Positions 9,570-19,505 of a stretch of DNA of 32,000 bases are shown piece after piece (the stretch's first letter is position 1; each line of letters starts with the position of its first letter). A model generated the notes under the pieces. It did no database searches. It saw only the letters and a list, made by a program, of their open reading frames with translations, and was not told the DNA's origin. The stretch covers positions 325,499 through 357,498 of the forward strand of contig LM655252.1 in assembly GCA_000953435.1 (NCBI GenBank), given 5' to 3'. This DNA comes from Candidatus Johnevansia muelleri. GTDB taxonomy: Bacteria > Pseudomonadota > Gammaproteobacteria > Johnevansiales > Johnevansiaceae. The position numbers and the translations under genes are program-made.

Positions 9570-11005
9570 ATTTTTTCTCTAATAAATTTTAATTTTGGAT
9601 AATATTTGTGCCAATTAGTATTTTTTTGAAATAAATGTGCAATATTAAGTAATAGTGATTCATGAAAATGGGGAGCCATTAATTGCAATCCCACAGTATT
9701 ATTATTAATAAAACCTGCTGGTATATTAATACTAGGAACGCCAGCTAAATTAGCAGAAATTGTATATATATCATCTAAATACATTTTTGAATTTTGTGTA
9801 TTTGTAGTGGGACATATTAATATTTGTACTTTTTTAAATATATTTAAAAAATCTTCATAAATTAGTCTTCGTATTTTTTGAGCTTTACGATAATATATAT
9901 CATAACATTTATTTGAAAGCATATATGTACCTATTAAAATACGTCGTTTAACTTCTTCTCCAAAACCTTCAGAACGAGTAATTTTATACATATCTTCAAA
10001 ATTTACATTTTTATTAGAACGATAACCAAATCTTACACCATCATATCGTGCTAAATTTGAAGCTGCTTCTGCAAAAGCAATAACATAATAACTAGGAAGT
10101 GAAAATTGAGTATATGGTAAACTTACTTCTATTATATTTACTCCTAAAGATTTATAAACATTTATAGCTTCACGTATTACTAATTCCATATTTTTGTCTA
10201 AATATTTATTAAAATATTCAATAGGTAATCCAATTTTTAATCCTTTAATTGAATTATTTATATTTTTTATATAATTTGGTACAAAGGACCTTGCACTAGT
10301 TGAATCGTATTTATCATGACCTGCCATTATATTAAGTAATATTGCACAATCTTCAACAGTTTTAGCCATAGGGCCACATTGATCAAAACTAGATGCATAA
10401 GCTATCATTCCATATCGTGAAATACGTCCGTAAGTAGGTTTAATACCTGTAATACCACAAAAAGCAGCAGGTTGTCTAATTGATCCACCTGTATCTGTAC
10501 CTAAAGCAGCTGGTACTAATCCAGCTGCTACAGCAGCTGCAGATCCACCTGATGACCCTCCTGGTATTAAATTTAAGTTACAAGGATTTTTAACTGGTCC
10601 AAAATAACTACTTTCATTAGAAGAACCCATAGAAAATTCATCCATATTAGTTTTACCTAAACAAATAATTCCAGCTTTTTTTAATTTATTAACTACTGTA
10701 GCAGTATAAGGAGCTTTAAAATTTAACAACATTTTTGATGCACAAGTAGTACGTACGCCTTCTATGCAAAAAGTATCTTTATAAGCAATAGGTACACCCG
10801 TAAGTAAATTAGCTTTTCCTTTTTTACGAATTTTATCAGCTATATGCGCGTCAGTAATAGCTTGTTCTGCAGTTACAGTAATAAAACTATTGATCTCTGG
10901 ATCAATTAGATTAATTCGTGTTAATAAATAATAAATTAAATCAATACTTAAAAATTCTCCATAATTTAACCCATTGATTATTTCTTTAATAGTAAGATTT
11001 AACAT
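9566..11005 (-). CDS. gatA: Asp/Glu-tRNA amidotransferase subunit A (479 aa)
   Basis: The amidase signature GGSSGGSAAAVAAG..GTDTGGSIRQPA is present. It sits in the gatC-gatA-gatB operon order. Confidence 0.96.
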   Translation of the reverse strand: MLNLTIKEIINGLNYGEFLSIDLIYYLLTRINLIDPEINSFITVTAEQAITDAHIADKIRKKGKANLLTGVPIAYKDTFCIEGVRTTCASKMLLNFKAPYTATVVNKLKKAGIICLGKTNMDEFSMGSSNESSYFGPVKNPCNLNLIPGGSSGGSAAAVAAGLVPAALGTDTGGSIRQPAAFCGITGIKPTYGRISRYGMIAYASSFDQCGPMAKTVEDCAILLNIMAGHDKYDSTSARSFVPNYIKNINNSIKGLKIGLPIEYFNKYLDKNMELVIREAINVYKSLGVNIIEVSLPYTQFSLPSYYVIAFAEAASNLARYDGVRFGYRSNKNVNFEDMYKITRSEGFGEEVKRRILIGTYMLSNKCYDIYYRKAQKIRRLIYEDFLNIFKKVQILICPTTNTQNSKMYLDDIYTISANLAGVPSINIPAGFINNNTVGLQLMAPHFHESLLLNIAHLFQKNTNWHKYYPKLKFIREKI

Positions 11006-11030
11006 TATAAAATCTTATTAAATATATAAT

Positions 11031-11309
11031 TTATTCAAGAAATTTATGAATTAAGTATAAATCGTCAATTATAATAGGGGCACAAGATTTACATATTTTT
11101 TCTTTATTATATTCTGTTACTTTATCAGATCTTAATATCTGTGTAGCTTCTAAAGGATGTAACATAGGTATAATATCTTTAGTGTAAAGTTTATTCATAT
11201 AATATATCATATTAATAAATTTATTAAAATAATTTTTATAATTGTATTTATCTTTTTCTTTTAATAAAAGACATGCCCAGTGTGATATTTCTTCTAGTTT
11301 AATTGTCAT
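11031..11309 (-). CDS. gatC: Asp/Glu-tRNA amidotransferase subunit C (92 aa)
   Basis: Size and position immediately upstream of gatA fit GatC. The GatC-like core is PMLHPLE..LRSDKV. Confidence 0.8.
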   Translation of the reverse strand: MTIKLEEISHWACLLLKEKDKYNYKNYFNKFINMIYYMNKLYTKDIIPMLHPLEATQILRSDKVTEYNKEKICKSCAPIIIDDLYLIHKFLE

Positions 11310-11334
11310 AAAATAATCATATATATTAAATATT

Positions 11335-12756
11335 ATGAATAAATATATTGAAAAAGCAATAATGTTATTATTTGCAAAAAATGAAATTTATTTAGAAGAT
11401 TTAGAAAAATGTTTATATTATGCTATGGGCCCAGGTATAGATTATGCTGATGTTTTTTTTCAGCGAACATGGGGGGAATCATTATTAGAATCTAATGGTA
11501 AAATTACAGCTAGCTATTATATTGATGGAGGAGTAGGAATACGTTCTTTAGCAAAGGATAAAACAGGATTTGCTTATTCTAATGAAATTAGTTTTAAAAA
11601 TTTAAAAGAATTAGGTAATATTACATCTAGCATTATTAAAAAAGGATCAAGTAATAAAATATCTATTAATAAATATAATGATAATTTAAAATTTTATTCA
11701 GAAATAAATCCTATTTTAAAAACAAATTTATATGATAAAATAGATATTATTAAGAAAATAGAAAATTTAGCATATTTATTAGATCCTGCAATAATTAAAG
11801 TTAATGTTAGTCTTAAAAGTTTTTTTGATGTTATTTTAATTAAATCTAGTGATGGTATTTTAAATTCAGATATTCGTCCTTTAATACAATTTTATATTTC
11901 AGTAATTGCTGAACGTAATTTCATACGTGCAAGTGGTAACGCAATATTTAGTGGAAGATTTAATTTTTCTGAATTTAAAATTAAAAATTATGTAAAAAGA
12001 GCTGTACATCAAGCATTAATAAATTTAGATGCTATTAATACACCAATTGGACAATTACCTGTTGTATTAGGTAATGGTAATCCAGGGGTACTTATTCATG
12101 AATCAATAGGTCATGGTTTAGAAGGAGATTTTAATAGAAAAGGTAATTCTATTTTTTACAATAAAATAAGAAAACAAGTTGCTGCTAAAGGAGTAACAAT
12201 TGTTGATAATTCCACTATAAATAATTTAAGTGGTTCATTATCAATTGATGATGAAGGTACACCTGGTCAAAATACATTATTAATTGATGATGGTATTCTT
12301 ATTAATTATATGAATGATAAATTAAATTCTCGTTTAATGGGTATGAAATCTACTGGTAATGCACGACGTCAATCTTATTCATTTTTACCTATTCCTCGTA
12401 TGACTAATACATATATGCTTAATGGGGATTCTAAACCTGAAGAAATTATTAAAAGTGTTAAACGTGGGATTTATGCTGTAAGTTTTGAAGGTGGGCAAGT
12501 TGATATTACATCAGGAAAATTTGTTTTTTCAACAAATGAAGCTTATATGATAGAAGATGGGAAAATTACATTTCCAGTAAAATGTGTTACACTTATAGGT
12601 GATGCCTTAAATGTAATGCAGAATATATCTATGATAGGCGATGATATTGCTTTTGATAGTGGGATATGTGTAAAAAACGGACAATATATACATGTTAATG
12701 TTGGTCAACCTACTATAAAAGTTGATAACCTTACTATTGGAGGAACACAATTTTGA
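11335..12756 (+). CDS. tldD: Metalloprotease TldD (473 aa)
   Basis: The HExxxH-type site IHESIGHGLEGD is intact, followed by NARRQSY..PRMTNT. It ends in TGA. Confidence 0.93.
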   Translation: MNKYIEKAIMLLFAKNEIYLEDLEKCLYYAMGPGIDYADVFFQRTWGESLLESNGKITASYYIDGGVGIRSLAKDKTGFAYSNEISFKNLKELGNITSSIIKKGSSNKISINKYNDNLKFYSEINPILKTNLYDKIDIIKKIENLAYLLDPAIIKVNVSLKSFFDVILIKSSDGILNSDIRPLIQFYISVIAERNFIRASGNAIFSGRFNFSEFKIKNYVKRAVHQALINLDAINTPIGQLPVVLGNGNPGVLIHESIGHGLEGDFNRKGNSIFYNKIRKQVAAKGVTIVDNSTINNLSGSLSIDDEGTPGQNTLLIDDGILINYMNDKLNSRLMGMKSTGNARRQSYSFLPIPRMTNTYMLNGDSKPEEIIKSVKRGIYAVSFEGGQVDITSGKFVFSTNEAYMIEDGKITFPVKCVTLIGDALNVMQNISMIGDDIAFDSGICVKNGQYIHVNVGQPTIKVDNLTIGGTQF

Positions 12757-12774
12757 AATATACAGTAAATTTTT

Positions 12775-14094
12775 ATGAATAAAAATGAACTTGAATATTA
12801 CGTAAAATATTCTTTGGAATATGCTATGAAAAAAGGTGTTAATGATTGTGAAATTAATATTAATATTTATAAAGGAATAAATGTCAATGTATATAAAGGG
12901 AAAATAGATAATTTTAAATTATCAAAAAATTATGAAATAAATATTTCTGTTTATATAGATAATTGTAAAATTAATGTTTTATGTAAAGATATTAATATAT
13001 CTTCTATTAAAGAATCTATTGATAAAGCATGTATTATTGCATATTTAAATAAAAAAAAAGAATATGAAGATATAGGACTTGCAGATCCATCAATACTTGC
13101 TATAAAATTTCCAGATCTTGATATTTATCATCCATGGAACATAAATTCAGATGAAGCAATATATTTATCAAAATATATTGAAAATTCAGTATTGAAAATT
13201 AAGAATATTGTTAATTCAGAAGGTGTTTTTATGTCAACAAATAAAAAACTAAATATTTATGCTAATAGTAATGGTTTTATTGGAAAAAAAAAAAGTACTT
13301 ATCATTTTATATCATGTATTTTAATAGCAGGTTATGGTAAAAACATGTATAAAGGTTACGATTATATAAATAATTGTAATATGAAATATATACAGTTTCC
13401 TGAAATAATTGGAATATCTGCTGCATTAAAAGCTAAATCACAAGTAGGAGCAATTAAACCTAAATATGGTAAAATGCCAATACTTTTTATTCCTGAATTA
13501 GCTCGTGAATTAATTTCTTTTTTTTTTAAAGCCATTTCTGGGAATTACTTATATATGAAACAATCATTTTTAAATGATTGTTTAGGAGAAAGAATTTTTC
13601 CATCTTGGTTTTCTATAATAGAAAAACCATTAGAAATTGGTTGTATAGATAGTGCATCTTTTGATAACGAGGGGGTTTATACTAGAAATAATATATTTAT
13701 TAAGAATGGAATATTAATAAGTTATATGCTTTCTAATTATAGTGCAAATAGAATGGGTCTTCTAAGTACAGGTAATGCTGGTGGCGCTCGTAATGTATAT
13801 ATTAAAGCTCATCTTACTTATTATGCTTCACTAATTAAAAATATTGACAATGGAATAATGGTAACAGAATTATTTGGACAAGGAGTAAATATAATTAATG
13901 GTGATTATTCTCGTGGAGCTGTTGGTTTTTTAATAAAAAATGGAAAAATTATTAGACCTCTTGAAGAATTTACTATTGCTAGTAATTTACGAAAAATGTT
14001 TATTAATATATTGGCAGTAGGTGATAATATAGATTATAGAAATAATATTAAAATTGGAAGTTTGTTAATAAATGAAATGGTAGTTAGTAGTTAA
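12775..14094 (+). CDS. pmbA: Metalloprotease partner PmbA/TldE (439 aa)
   Basis: Full-length PmbA-like architecture is present (DSASFDNEG, GNAGGARNVY, GDYSRGAVGF). It lies directly downstream of tldD. Confidence 0.88.
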   Translation: MNKNELEYYVKYSLEYAMKKGVNDCEININIYKGINVNVYKGKIDNFKLSKNYEINISVYIDNCKINVLCKDINISSIKESIDKACIIAYLNKKKEYEDIGLADPSILAIKFPDLDIYHPWNINSDEAIYLSKYIENSVLKIKNIVNSEGVFMSTNKKLNIYANSNGFIGKKKSTYHFISCILIAGYGKNMYKGYDYINNCNMKYIQFPEIIGISAALKAKSQVGAIKPKYGKMPILFIPELARELISFFFKAISGNYLYMKQSFLNDCLGERIFPSWFSIIEKPLEIGCIDSASFDNEGVYTRNNIFIKNGILISYMLSNYSANRMGLLSTGNAGGARNVYIKAHLTYYASLIKNIDNGIMVTELFGQGVNIINGDYSRGAVGFLIKNGKIIRPLEEFTIASNLRKMFINILAVGDNIDYRNNIKIGSLLINEMVVSS

Positions 14095-14165
14095 TTTAAA
14101 ATACTGGTTTTAATTATTTAAGTTTATTATATATAATAAACCATCATTATATAATTTAAAATTAT

Positions 14166-14828
14166 ATGAATAACCAACAATTTATTATAGCTATATCTAA
14201 AGGTAGAATTTTACAAGAAACAATTCCTTTATTAGTAAGTGCAGGTATTTTATCTATTGAATCGATAAAAAAAAATAGTCGTACATTAATTTTTGATACT
14301 TTAATAAAAGATATTAAAGTAATAATTTTACGTGCAAAAGATATACTTACTTATATTAAATTAGGTGCAGCTGATATTGGAGTTATTGGTAAAGATATAT
14401 TACTTGAATATGGTTCTAATGAAGTCTTAGAAACTCTTGATTTAAAAATTTCTTGTTGTAAATTAATGACTGCTGGTCTTAAAGGAAAAAATATATTTAA
14501 TCAACAACCCCCTATTCGTATAGCAACTAAATTTGTTAATATTGCTAAAAAATATTATACAAATAAAGGAATAAAAGTGGAAATTATGAAATTTAATGGT
14601 GCTATGGAGTTAACACCATTAATGAATATTGCAGATGAAATTGTTGATATTGTTAATACAGGTGAGACTCTTCGTGAAAATGGTATGGAAACTAGAGATT
14701 TAATTACTGAAATTAGTTCAAGATTAGTTATTAAAGCATATATCAAAAAATATAAATATACTAAAATTTATAATATAATAGAAAATTTGAGATCCGTAGT
14801 ATTAAAAAAAAAAATAATAATTAAGTAA
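14166..14828 (+). CDS. hisG: ATP phosphoribosyltransferase, short (HisZ-dependent) form (220 aa)
   Basis: FIIAISKGRILQETIPLLVSAGI and DIVNTGETLRENG are present. The length matches the short HisG class. Confidence 0.92.
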   Translation: MNNQQFIIAISKGRILQETIPLLVSAGILSIESIKKNSRTLIFDTLIKDIKVIILRAKDILTYIKLGAADIGVIGKDILLEYGSNEVLETLDLKISCCKLMTAGLKGKNIFNQQPPIRIATKFVNIAKKYYTNKGIKVEIMKFNGAMELTPLMNIADEIVDIVNTGETLRENGMETRDLITEISSRLVIKAYIKKYKYTKIYNIIENLRSVVLKKKIIIK

Positions 14829-14835
14829 TTAAATT

Positions 14836-16134
14836 ATGATTACTGTGATAAAATTATCATATAATGATATTAATTTTTATGATCACTTAAAAAAAATATT
14901 ATATAATGAAAATATTTTTGATATAAAAAAAAAATATGTTGATAAAATTATTAAAAAAGTTAAAATAAGTGGTGATATTGCTTTAGTTGAATTAACTAAA
15001 AAATTAGATAATATTGATGTTAAAACTATGGAATCATTAATTATAAAAAGAGATATTTTAAAAATTGCTTATGATACATTATCTATAAATCAAAAAGAAT
15101 CTTTAAAATTAGCGGCTAATCGTATTAAACATTACCATGAACACCAATCAAAATTTCATATTTCTTGGAAATATGAAGAAGCACCAGGTATTTTATTAGG
15201 ACAAAAAGTAACACCTATTGATAGAGTGGGGGTATATGTTCCTGGTGGTAAAGCATCTTATCCTTCATCTGTTTTAATGAATATTATTCCTGCAATTATT
15301 GCTGGAGTAAATGAAATTATTATGGTTGTTCCAGCTCCTAATGGTATTTTAAATAAAATGGTATTAGCAGCTGCTTATATAGCAAATATTAATTATGTTT
15401 TTACAATTGGAGGTGCTCAAGCTATTGCTGCATTAGCTTATGGTACTGAAAGTGTACCTAAAGTAGATAAAATTGTTGGTCCTGGAAATATTTTTGTTAC
15501 AATTGCTAAACGTGCAGTATTTGGACAAGTAGGAATTGATATGCTTGCTGGACCTTCGGAAATTTTGATTTTATCTGATGGTAATACTAATCCTGATTGG
15601 ATAGCAATGGATATTTTATCACAGTGTGAACATGATGAAAAAGCACAGGCAATTTTTATTACATGGGATATAAATCATCTAAATGCAGTATATGCTAGTA
15701 TTAAAAAATTTTTATTAAAAATGAATAGAATAAATATTATTAAGAAATCATTAAGTAAAAGAGGTGCTTTAATTAAAGTAGAAGATGAAATTCAAGCTAT
15801 AGAGTTAATTAACTATATTGCACCAGAGCATTTAGAACTTTCTATAAATAATCCTGAAAAATTATTAAATAATATTAATCATTCAGGTTCTATATTTATG
15901 GGCCGTTATACATCTGAAGTTTTTGGTGATTATTGTGCTGGTCCTAGTCACGTATTACCTACTTCAAGAACATCACGGTTTTCTTCTCCACTATCTATTT
16001 ATGATTTTCAAAAAAGATCATCTATTTTACAATGTTCTTTAGAAGGAGCACAGTACTTATCTAAAAATTCATCAATACTTGCACGGAGTGAATCTTTAAT
16101 AGCACATGCCATATCTGCTGAATATCGTATATAA
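14836..16134 (+). CDS. hisD: Histidinol dehydrogenase (432 aa)
   Basis: Motifs YVPGGKASYPSSVLM, AGPSEILIL, SQCEHDEKAQA and APEHLEL are present. Confidence 0.96.
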   Translation: MITVIKLSYNDINFYDHLKKILYNENIFDIKKKYVDKIIKKVKISGDIALVELTKKLDNIDVKTMESLIIKRDILKIAYDTLSINQKESLKLAANRIKHYHEHQSKFHISWKYEEAPGILLGQKVTPIDRVGVYVPGGKASYPSSVLMNIIPAIIAGVNEIIMVVPAPNGILNKMVLAAAYIANINYVFTIGGAQAIAALAYGTESVPKVDKIVGPGNIFVTIAKRAVFGQVGIDMLAGPSEILILSDGNTNPDWIAMDILSQCEHDEKAQAIFITWDINHLNAVYASIKKFLLKMNRINIIKKSLSKRGALIKVEDEIQAIELINYIAPEHLELSINNPEKLLNNINHSGSIFMGRYTSEVFGDYCAGPSHVLPTSRTSRFSSPLSIYDFQKRSSILQCSLEGAQYLSKNSSILARSESLIAHAISAEYRI

Positions 16135-16162
16135 TTATTTTAAATATATTTATAGATAATAT

Positions 16163-17248
16163 ATGAAATTATCCCCATTAGAACAATATTACTTAGATAT
16201 TAAAAAGAATATTATTAAATACGATGAAACTCAAAATAATGCAGTAAAACATTTACAAATTTTATACAATAAGTTAATATCAAGTTTCTGGAATTATTTA
16301 AAATATAAAATATTTTGTAAATTTTATAGTAAACTTAAAATTAAAAGTTTATATTTTTGGGGTGGAGTAGGTAGAGGAAAAACATATTTAATGGATCTTT
16401 TTTATAATTGTTTACCATTCAAAGAAAAAGTTCGTATGCATTTTAATAGATTTATGTTACATATAAATAAAGAATTAGACAAATATAAAGGTCAAAAAAA
16501 TCCATTAAAATTAATAGCAAAATTTTTTGCTAATAAAGTAAGAATTATTTGTTTGGATGAATTTTATGTTGAAAATATTGTTGATGCAATGATATTGGGT
16601 AATTTATTAAAATATTTATTTTATGAAGAAGTTGTAATTGTAATAACATCTAATATATATCCAGATCGTCTTTATAAAAATGGTTTATACCGTGAGAGAG
16701 TTATTGAATATATTAATTTATTGTTTATATATTGTGATATAATTAATATTGATTCTGGTATTGATTATCGTAAAAGACCTATTAAACAAGATAATATATT
16801 TTATATTAAAAATTATAACTTTAGCGAAAAAATATTATATAAAAAATTTATAAATTTAACAAAAAATAAAGGTTTTATTAATAAAGATATTATTATAAAT
16901 AATCGTATATTAAATGTTAAAAGATTCTATAAAGGTGTAATATGGATGGATTTTTATAAATTATGTGATGGTACTATAAGTAAATATGATTATATAGAAT
17001 TATCTAAAAAATATCATACAGTAATTATATCTTGTATACCTAGTATGTCTAAAAATCAAATATCTCGTTTTATAACTATGATTGATGAATTTTATGATCG
17101 TGCTGTTAAAATTATTATGACAATTGAAGTAGATATTAATTGTATTTATAAAAATGATGAAGATTTAATTGTAGAAGTTGAGCGGACAATTTCAAGATTA
17201 AATGATATGTGCTCTAAAGAATATATTTCATTATATCATAAATTATAA
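16163..17248 (+). CDS. zapE: AFG1-family ATPase ZapE (361 aa)
   Basis: Walker A is FWGGVGRGKTYLMD and Walker B is ICLDEFYV. Its position upstream of rplM-rpsI matches many proteobacteria. Confidence 0.85.
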   Translation: MKLSPLEQYYLDIKKNIIKYDETQNNAVKHLQILYNKLISSFWNYLKYKIFCKFYSKLKIKSLYFWGGVGRGKTYLMDLFYNCLPFKEKVRMHFNRFMLHINKELDKYKGQKNPLKLIAKFFANKVRIICLDEFYVENIVDAMILGNLLKYLFYEEVVIVITSNIYPDRLYKNGLYRERVIEYINLLFIYCDIINIDSGIDYRKRPIKQDNIFYIKNYNFSEKILYKKFINLTKNKGFINKDIIINNRILNVKRFYKGVIWMDFYKLCDGTISKYDYIELSKKYHTVIISCIPSMSKNQISRFITMIDEFYDRAVKIIMTIEVDINCIYKNDEDLIVEVERTISRLNDMCSKEYISLYHKL

Positions 17249-17256
17249 AATTAAAT

Positions 17257-17676
17257 ATGAATAATTTAATATTAAAAAATATTAATCCTGTTTGGTACAT
17301 TGTAGATGCAAAATATCAAATTTTAGGTAGATTAGCTTCTAAATTATCTATATATTTATTGGGAAAAAATAAAAAAGAATATATTTATAATTTTGATAAA
17401 GGTGATTATATTATTGTAATTAACGCTAATCAAATACATTTTAAAGGTAATAAAAATAAGAAATATTATTATCACCATACAGGTTATCCTGGTGGATTAC
17501 GTTCTATAAAATTAAAACAATTACTAACAAAATCTCCATGTTATGTAATTAAACACGCTGTTAAAGGGATGCTTCCTAAAAATTTATTAGGTAATTTAAT
17601 TTTTAAAAAATTAAAAGTTTATGAAAATGCAGAGCATCCTCATGTATCTCAGCAACCTAAAAATTTAATAATTTAA
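17257..17676 (+). CDS. rplM: 50S ribosomal protein L13 (139 aa)
   Basis: WYIVDAKYQILGRLASKLS..GDYIIVINA and HHTGYPGG are present. Confidence 0.96.
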   Translation: MNNLILKNINPVWYIVDAKYQILGRLASKLSIYLLGKNKKEYIYNFDKGDYIIVINANQIHFKGNKNKKYYYHHTGYPGGLRSIKLKQLLTKSPCYVIKHAVKGMLPKNLLGNLIFKKLKVYENAEHPHVSQQPKNLII

Positions 17677-17706
17677 ATAATATTTGTATAAGGAAAACAT
17701 AATATT

Positions 17707-18096
17707 ATGTCACAACAATATTATGGTACTGGTCGTAGAAAAACTTCTAGTGCTAGAGTATTTATTTCATTAGGTACAGGAAAAATAACTGTTAATAAAT
17801 ATGATTTAAATAAATATTTTAATGGATTATGGGCAACAAAATATATTTTACAACCATTAAAAATAACAAATACAATAAACTTATTAGATATATATGTAAC
17901 TGTAAATGGAGGAGGTATTAATTCTCAAGTAATAGCTCTTCGTCATGGTCTTACTCGTGCTTTAATAGTTTATAATAAAAAGTTTCGTAATGCTTTAAGA
18001 TCAGCTGGATTCGTAGAACGTGATTCACGTAAAGTTGAACGTAAAAAAGTAGGATGTAAAAAAGCTCGTCGTAGTCCTCAATTTTCTAAACGTTAA
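17707..18096 (+). CDS. rpsI: 30S ribosomal protein S9 (129 aa)
   Basis: YYGTGRRKTSSARVF is present and the C-terminus is KKARRSPQFSKR. An AAGGA SD lies upstream. Confidence 0.97.
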   Translation: MSQQYYGTGRRKTSSARVFISLGTGKITVNKYDLNKYFNGLWATKYILQPLKITNTINLLDIYVTVNGGGINSQVIALRHGLTRALIVYNKKFRNALRSAGFVERDSRKVERKKVGCKKARRSPQFSKR

Positions 18097-18110
18097 TTTA
18101 TATATTTAAT

Positions 18111-18452
18111 AGAGTAAGCTAGACAGTCGCTGCCATTTTATTATGGTAGAGGAAAGTCCGGGCTCCATAGGGTAGAGTGCCAGGTAATTCCTGGGCAATG
18201 TGAGTTGACGGACAGTGCAACAGAAAATAAACCGCCTTATTTAATTAAGGTAAGGGTGAAATGGTGTGGTAAGAGCACACCGCGCATATCTAGTAATAGA
18301 TGCGGCATTGTAAACCCCACTCGGAGCAAGATCAAATATAAACCATTTATGTTTCCCACATTTGGTTTCGGGTAGATTGCTTGAGATACATGGTAACATG
18401 TATCCTAGATAGATGACTGTCCAAGACAGAACCCGGCTTATAAGTTTACTCT
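18111..18452 (+). ncRNA. rnpB: RNase P RNA, bacterial type A (about 342 nt)
   Basis: Conserved regions were read directly: GAGGAAAGTCCGGGCTCCATAGGGTAGAGTGCCAGGTAA, AGTGCAACAGAAAATAAACCGCC, GGTAAGGGTGAAATGGTGTGGTAAGAGCACACC and ACAGAACCCGGCTTA. P1 pairs agagtaa(g)ct at the 5' end with agtttactct at the 3' end. It forms a G+C island in A+T-rich surroundings. Confidence 0.95.
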
Positions 18453-18489
18453 ATTTAAATAATATTTTCTTTAATAACTAGGTAAAATA

Positions 18490-19350
18490 TTGAAACATGT
18501 AAGTGTATTATTAAAAGATGCTGTTAATGCTTTAGTTTATGATTATAATGGTTATTATTTAGATTGTACATTTGGTGGGGGTGGACATAGTAATGCTATT
18601 CTTAAAAAAATTTCTTATAAAGGTAAGCTATTAGCTATTGATAAAGATCCAATATCAATTGATTATTGTAAAATAAAAGATTTTAGATTTTCTATAAATA
18701 ATATTGATTATTGTAATATTTATAAAATAGCAATTGAAAAAGGTATATTAGGAAAAATATCAGGAGTTTTATTTGATAATGGCATTTCAGCATTTCAATT
18801 AAATGATCATAAAAGAGGATTTAGTTTTATTAATAATGGTCCATTAGATATGCGTATTAATAATAAAATTGGAATTACTGCTAAAGAATGGTTAAATAAA
18901 ACTAATGAAAATGATATTGCATATATTTTAAAAATTTATGGTGAAGAGCGCTATGCTAAAAAATTAGCTAATGCAATATGTGAATATAGACGTAAATTTA
19001 AAATTACACATACTGTAGAACTAGCTAATATTATTAAAAAAGCTCATCCTTCATGGGAATACAATAAGCATCCAGCTACCCGAACTTTTCAAGCTATTCG
19101 TATTCATTTAAACAATGAATTAAAAAATTTAGACTTAGCGCTAAATGCAGCTTCAAAAATTTTAATAAAAGGTGGACGTATTGTAGTAATAAGTTTTCAT
19201 TCTTTAGAAGATCGTTTAGTAAAAAGATTTATTAATGCTAATAGTAATAAATTTAAACATTTAGGTAAATTTAGACCTAGTAAAAATGAAATATATATTA
19301 ATCCCAGTGCAAGAAGTGCTATTATGCGTATAGCACAAAAAATATCATAA
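18490..19350 (+). CDS. rsmH: 16S rRNA m4C1402 methyltransferase RsmH/MraW (286 aa, TTG start)
   Basis: HVSVLLKDAV, the SAM site CTFGGGGHS, RGFSF and ISFHSLEDRLVKRF are present. Confidence 0.92.
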   Translation: MKHVSVLLKDAVNALVYDYNGYYLDCTFGGGGHSNAILKKISYKGKLLAIDKDPISIDYCKIKDFRFSINNIDYCNIYKIAIEKGILGKISGVLFDNGISAFQLNDHKRGFSFINNGPLDMRINNKIGITAKEWLNKTNENDIAYILKIYGEERYAKKLANAICEYRRKFKITHTVELANIIKKAHPSWEYNKHPATRTFQAIRIHLNNELKNLDLALNAASKILIKGGRIVVISFHSLEDRLVKRFINANSNKFKHLGKFRPSKNEIYINPSARSAIMRIAQKIS

Positions 19351-19505
19351 TATATATAATTATTATACTTTTATGTTAATAAATAATTTTACAACTATTA
19401 TATTTACATTTTAAATAACATATGTATTATTTAATAGTAAATTAAAAAAGACTAAACAATAATATAAAATAAATATGTTAAGTAAAATTATAAAGGATAA
19501 TTTTA

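Noticed and set aside
14122-14141. A perfect 20-bp palindrome gtttattatatataataaac between pmbA and hisG, considered as a his attenuator/leader or terminator
   Set aside because: There is no run of His codons or leader peptide, no alternative-pairing segments and no U-tract. An A/T-only palindrome of this size is plausible by chance at this composition. It is kept only as a note.
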